DNA of 64,000 nt from Antedon mediterranea (Eukaryota; Animalia; Echinodermata), in NCBI RefSeq assembly GCF_964355755.1, contig NC_092670.1, positions 5,818,201-5,882,200 on the forward strand, read 5' to 3'. The translations under genes and the position numbers were made by a program. How positions within the stretch are numbered: position 1 is the first letter of the stretch; each line of letters starts with the position of its first letter. The notes beneath the pieces are model-generated. The model made no database searches, had not been told where the DNA came from, and worked only from the letters and a program-made list of their open reading frames with translations. Below are positions 59,601 to 64,000 of this stretch, in pieces.

Positions 59601-60800
59601 GTAGTTTTTTAATCTCTTTCATCAAAGTTATACATTAATTTCAAAGAGGACGCAAATTGTCTTCCAAGTCTTATATTTATTTAATCAATTCATTATCTTC
59701 TATTAACTTGATAATAGATTTGTTTACTGAAATTTCAATTTCTAGCATAAAACGCTACTATAAACTTGCTACTGAAAACCGGTTGAACAGCTCGAGTACA
59801 GCATCAATGTTGAAAACAGACCGATGTTCTTAAAAAAATACTATTTTGATAGATTTAATATACATTTATACAAATGTACATTCCAAATTATTTGGTTTAA
59901 CCTCGGAGGTATACCTCAATGTTTAACACAAGTAGGTAAATTTATGGGCCCTTGGAGAATAAACATAAATAGTATTGCAATGCTATACAATACTGTAAAT
60001 AGGTCGCAAATCGCAAATTTCTTATTGTGAATGTTGGTACTGTTAAATATAATATAAACAAATATACAAATAAACTTTATTACTGTGAGTGTGGGTAGCC
60101 CCTACTGTTAAGATTATAAACATATAATATACAAATAAACTTTATTACTGACAGTTGCTTCTCAACGTTTGTATTAATTAATAATTACAAAATATATAAA
60201 CGTTGTAGTGGTATATCGTACCATTGTATTATATTGTACTTTTCAATCAATTTTTTTTTTCTTATCAATCAAAAATTTGGACTCATTTTGTGACAAGTTT
60301 CCCTTTCGGAAGTAATTCCCAGCGTGCTAATTTTGGTTGACTACATAAATCATTGTGTCTATTTCGTTTCTGTAAACGACAATGTATTCGATAACCATCT
60401 GTGGGCACGACCTAGTCTCTAATAATTAGTTACATTTCCTATGGCTCAAGTTTACAAGAAAACCATAAATGTACACATAATACAGCGTGGAGCTTAAGCG
60501 AGTGAAGCAACTTAATATATACTTACGTATGACCCGAGTTTGCTGTTGAGGATACACTGATGAGGTTCGCCGCCACCTGCGCACTTTTTCGGGTCTAAAG
60601 CATCTACGTCATATTCATCACTAATTTTATGTTGATTCTTTTGTTCGTAAACCATTGTTTCGTTGATAAACCATCGCACATTGAAATCTGTATCATTGAA
60701 ACTTTCCGTGGTGTTTATGTTGCAGACTGCCGATATTCCCATTATATTTCCTCAGCTTCAAATATCAGAACTGGCTCTTCGTTAAACGTTGGAAAATTAT
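48002..60800 (-). CDS. Gene B: von Willebrand factor D and EGF domain (VWDE-like) membrane protein with mucin stalk, 5' end not found in the window
   Basis: Exons 60527-60800, 58120-58206, 57280-57630, 56903-56976 (GDPHYRTFDG), 56588-56651, 56218-56472, 55686-55945 (GLCGNFD), 55296-55572 (RRRKR), 54909-55073, 54140-54514 (EGF CVNECSDKGECINGTCVC), 53776-54033, 53444-53558, 52987-53328, 50799-52589, 50620-50660, 50297-50400, 49787-49995, 48934-49150, 48550-48671 and 48002-48084 have compatible phases. Confidence 0.85.
50799..52589 (-). CDS. Gene B mucin stalk exon with 4x 27-bp TTTAGTVPE repeat
   Basis: ORF 50755..52572, phase 1-1 splice sites. Confidence 0.9.
59770..60415 (+). mobile_element. 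Helitron family 1 remnant (5'-truncated)
   Basis: CTGAAAACCGGTTGAACAGCTCGAG...CCATCTGTGGGCACGACCTAG matches copies 1-3. Confidence 0.65.
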
Positions 60801-61377
60801 CTAATAAATGGCATTGTTTGATTGTTAAAATAACTGAATATCAAAGCTTTATTATTGCTAGAGTTAGTTATAATAATTTGATAATAACATAGTTTACAAT
60901 TTGTTTTCATGTATTCCTAAGATTTTGTTTGTAAATCATTTCAATACGTAAATTTGTATGTACGAGGCAAAATTAGCTTATTAACGTGTCATTTTTGTTT
61001 GCCTGCAATTATGATTTATAATCTACTCTGCGTATAATAAATAAGGCAAATTAGATTATACAAATCTTAACATTCAAAATGGCACACTTAGGTCTATACA
61101 CTTTTTAAAGAATGTTTATACAACGGAGATAATTAAAAGTGAAATTTACCATCGCATGGTTTTATTATACAGTAAGGCAGTAGACACATACATTTGGTCA
61201 TTTTCTGCGTGACTATACAGAAGCACATGTTGTAAATTGTTATTTATCAAAGCATCGCGGAATACAGGTAATTCAAATACTTTTAATTTGCATATGTCAC
61301 CTTCACGATTATGTAATAGGTCATAAACCAATGCTAATCTAAAAAGTATAATTTAGCCATAATTAACATTTTGATAA

Positions 61378-62594
61378 CTAGAGGGTGAGCTCGCTTCGCT
61401 CGCTCCCCCTCTAGGAAGTGTAGACGATGGTTCTCGGAATGATAATGTTCTCCTTATACGTTTTCTATCGGTTACCATTATTGAAAATGCTTGACATTCG
61501 TAAAACTAAACTACTTTGTTTCACAGTGTTTTAGATGATTAATAACATTTTAAAGTATAGTTTTTATTGTTTGGTAGGGCCCTTTGGGGAGGTGGAGGTC
61601 ATTTGAGGGAGATGCTTATTATTAGGATATATGTTTAATTTTTCAGTTTTAATAATATGGTAACATTTATAATCAAATGAAATCCTCTAATAGATATGAA
61701 AAGTGGTAAAAAAGAATAACAAATGCTTGGTAAATTGTAGATAACAGTGCGGTGAATTCTACTACAAATAGTATAATTGTGTTATTATAAATATGTGGAT
61801 GGACGTTTATTAGATAGTTGGGTTTGGGGGTGGGGTGGGGTGGTTATTATTCTAAGTGATGTTTTATTGGAGAGGCGTTTATTCAAATGAATACCATCCT
61901 AATAATTATTAATACATTATTTAATTTAATCATCTTTTGAAACTAACTGCCGTGACAGAGTGGGCCCAAGAAAGAAGACATTACGGCTTGCAACATGGAC
62001 AGACATCTCGGTCCTAACGAGACACAGGAAGATAGCCTTACAGTTATTCCTGCAGTATAATTTCTATTATTTAACTACTGTACCTTCACACACGCGCGGT
62101 ATGTTTTAAAATAAACAAAAAACTGAAATGGCTATGACTAATGGCCAACTTAAGCTCCAGTCCTACTATTTGAATTTTTTTCGTCTTCCAAAGGAACACT
62201 GTATTGATTGATGGAAAGTGCCTGTTTCCAGTCACCTTTAGGGTCAAATCTATTATTTTAACTGCTCCCTTGTGTATAAAAGAGAGAAAATATTTGAAAC
62301 CAGGTTGTTGCAAGGTGAACTTATCTTAAACCCGGAAATTACTTTGACCGGGAAGAATTGAAATTGAGATGAAAATCTGATGTTGAAATCATAAATTTTG
62401 TTAAAAAACTCTTTATAATATCTTCCTAAGATAGAAATATGGAACAATGGCGTCGATGTGAACACTAATGTTATCAAATCTACGTTTCGCGGTACATCTC
62501 AGATAGATAAGGTAGGTATCCAATGCGGAGATTAGTACCGAAGTTTTTGCATTGTGCTCGCCTATGTCAGAATTAACCATAATTTATATATAGA
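61378..62594 (-). mobile_element. Non-autonomous Helitron, family 2
   Basis: On the minus strand it reads A|TCTATATATAAAT ... GCGAGCGAAGCGAGCTCACCCTCTAG|T. About 600 bp of extra internal sequence relative to 6881-7531. Confidence 0.75.
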
Positions 62595-64000
62595 TGATGA
62601 TGTATCCAAATCCAATCAAAAACTTTTTCAAGTACAAATTTTCAAAACAAAAGAGGAAAATCAATATTACCAATAAACTTATTCGGATACACTGTTTTAG
62701 GTATCGGTAGAACTGTATAATTGTATACCAAAGTAGGAATCAAATAAACGTTCTAAAACATGAGTAACGCAGTTTGTAAGTGTACACAAGTATATCTCGT
62801 GTTGATCTGCATATAACTGTAGCTAAGTAACGTAGTCATAATAATATTGTTATTGTTTGCTTATATTTGGAAATTCCCATCCTTGTAATTAAACCGTGGT
62901 ATTGATAACAATATCCTTTTTGATATACCCTGTTTAGTGTGGACATACCTGTGGTCACACAGGTGTGTGTATGTGGGTGAACTAGCGACAAATGAAAGAA
63001 TAATGCTTATGAAATGACATTGTCGTTTACTGGTAAATGTATTAATATACTGTATAGTGCTGTAAATATTTTATACAGTAGTAGTAATTGCCCCTTCAAT
63101 TATTTTTTAAAAACAACAAAAAAAGGAAAACAATTAAATAAATGAATAATTGGTTTCTGTACTTCCATGGTATTAAACTGGTCCTGTGTGTATTGCATTG
63201 CATGTTTGTTTTTGTTATGCATGTAAAAATAAAGATTAATTAGAATCGTAAAAAAAAAAAGTAAACTGTAACAATCGAATGGAATTTATTTTGCAACCAA
63301 CGCCTGTTGATTAAAAAATATAATGTAACGGATAATTGGTGTCGTTTATTGAGACCCGTTACTGTACTGTACCATAAACAATACGAATGTGAAAGTATAT
63401 TTGTTTACGTTTCCTGGCAACGAACTTCCTCTTAAAATCATATCTATTTTTATAGTCGATAATCAGATAAGGGAAAGGTATATATTTCCAACTGTAAAGT
63501 TATAGGCCTATATAATAATGATAATTATAGAATACGCAATAGGACTTCTAACATAAGTGTATAGGCCTAAGAAACAAAATGTATATTTTATGTAGTTGAA
63601 AGCAAAATAGTAGGCCTACCTAATACAAGTAAAGACCGTCTATTTATCTGAATATAGTTTATCAAAATAATTAGCATGGAATATTCGGATACCGCTTGAA
63701 TAGTTTGAGTATAATTTTATAACAAAACATGTTATTAAAGAAAGACTTCAGGAGAAGCAATAATGATAGTAATACAGGTGGACATGGTTGTTAATGTTTA
63801 AGATTGATATGGTAAAAAAAACAAGTAAAGATAGGTTTGTGTTATGATACAGAGACCGTCCGTGTCAAACTCAACAATCACAGCAGACATGCCTACTATT
63901 ATTATTTTGCTTTTAAAGGGGGAAATTCCCTTTTCAGCCCCGTATATTTGTTATTTCCTGGTACCTCCATTAAACCTTTCTAGTTGTAATAAGATGCTAT

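Overview
AT-rich eukaryotic genomic DNA with spliceosomal GT-AG introns, probably from a marine invertebrate (inferred from the protein and transposon families). It is not prokaryotic. Two intron-rich genes for type-I membrane proteins lie in tandem on the minus strand. Gene A (about 44100 to 447; 48 exons and about 3150 aa if every exon is used) encodes a signal peptide, a tandemly expanded array of symmetric phase-1 MAM, CUB, LDLa and linker exons (7 MAM, 9 CUB, 5 LDLa), a mucin stalk, a Cys-containing juxtamembrane domain, a TM helix and a tail ending NAWE*. Gene B (>60800 to 48002) encodes a VWD+EGF (VWDE-like) ectodomain followed by a paralogous mucin, juxtamembrane, TM and tail cassette (NAWD*) with the same exon phases. 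The two receptors therefore share one anchor cassette but carry unrelated heads. Gene A also contains an internal duplicate of its own upstream region and first exon, now disabled, and a stop-containing micro-exon present twice. The introns hold non-autonomous Helitrons (a head-to-tail pair and a flipped terminal hairpin), a nested Academ transposon, DINE-1/Helentron-like elements, LINE fragments, a folded-back tRNA-derived element, a Penelope-type hammerhead motif and many TAGGCCTA footprints. Exon boundaries were read by eye from splice sites and reading frame, and no database searches were run.
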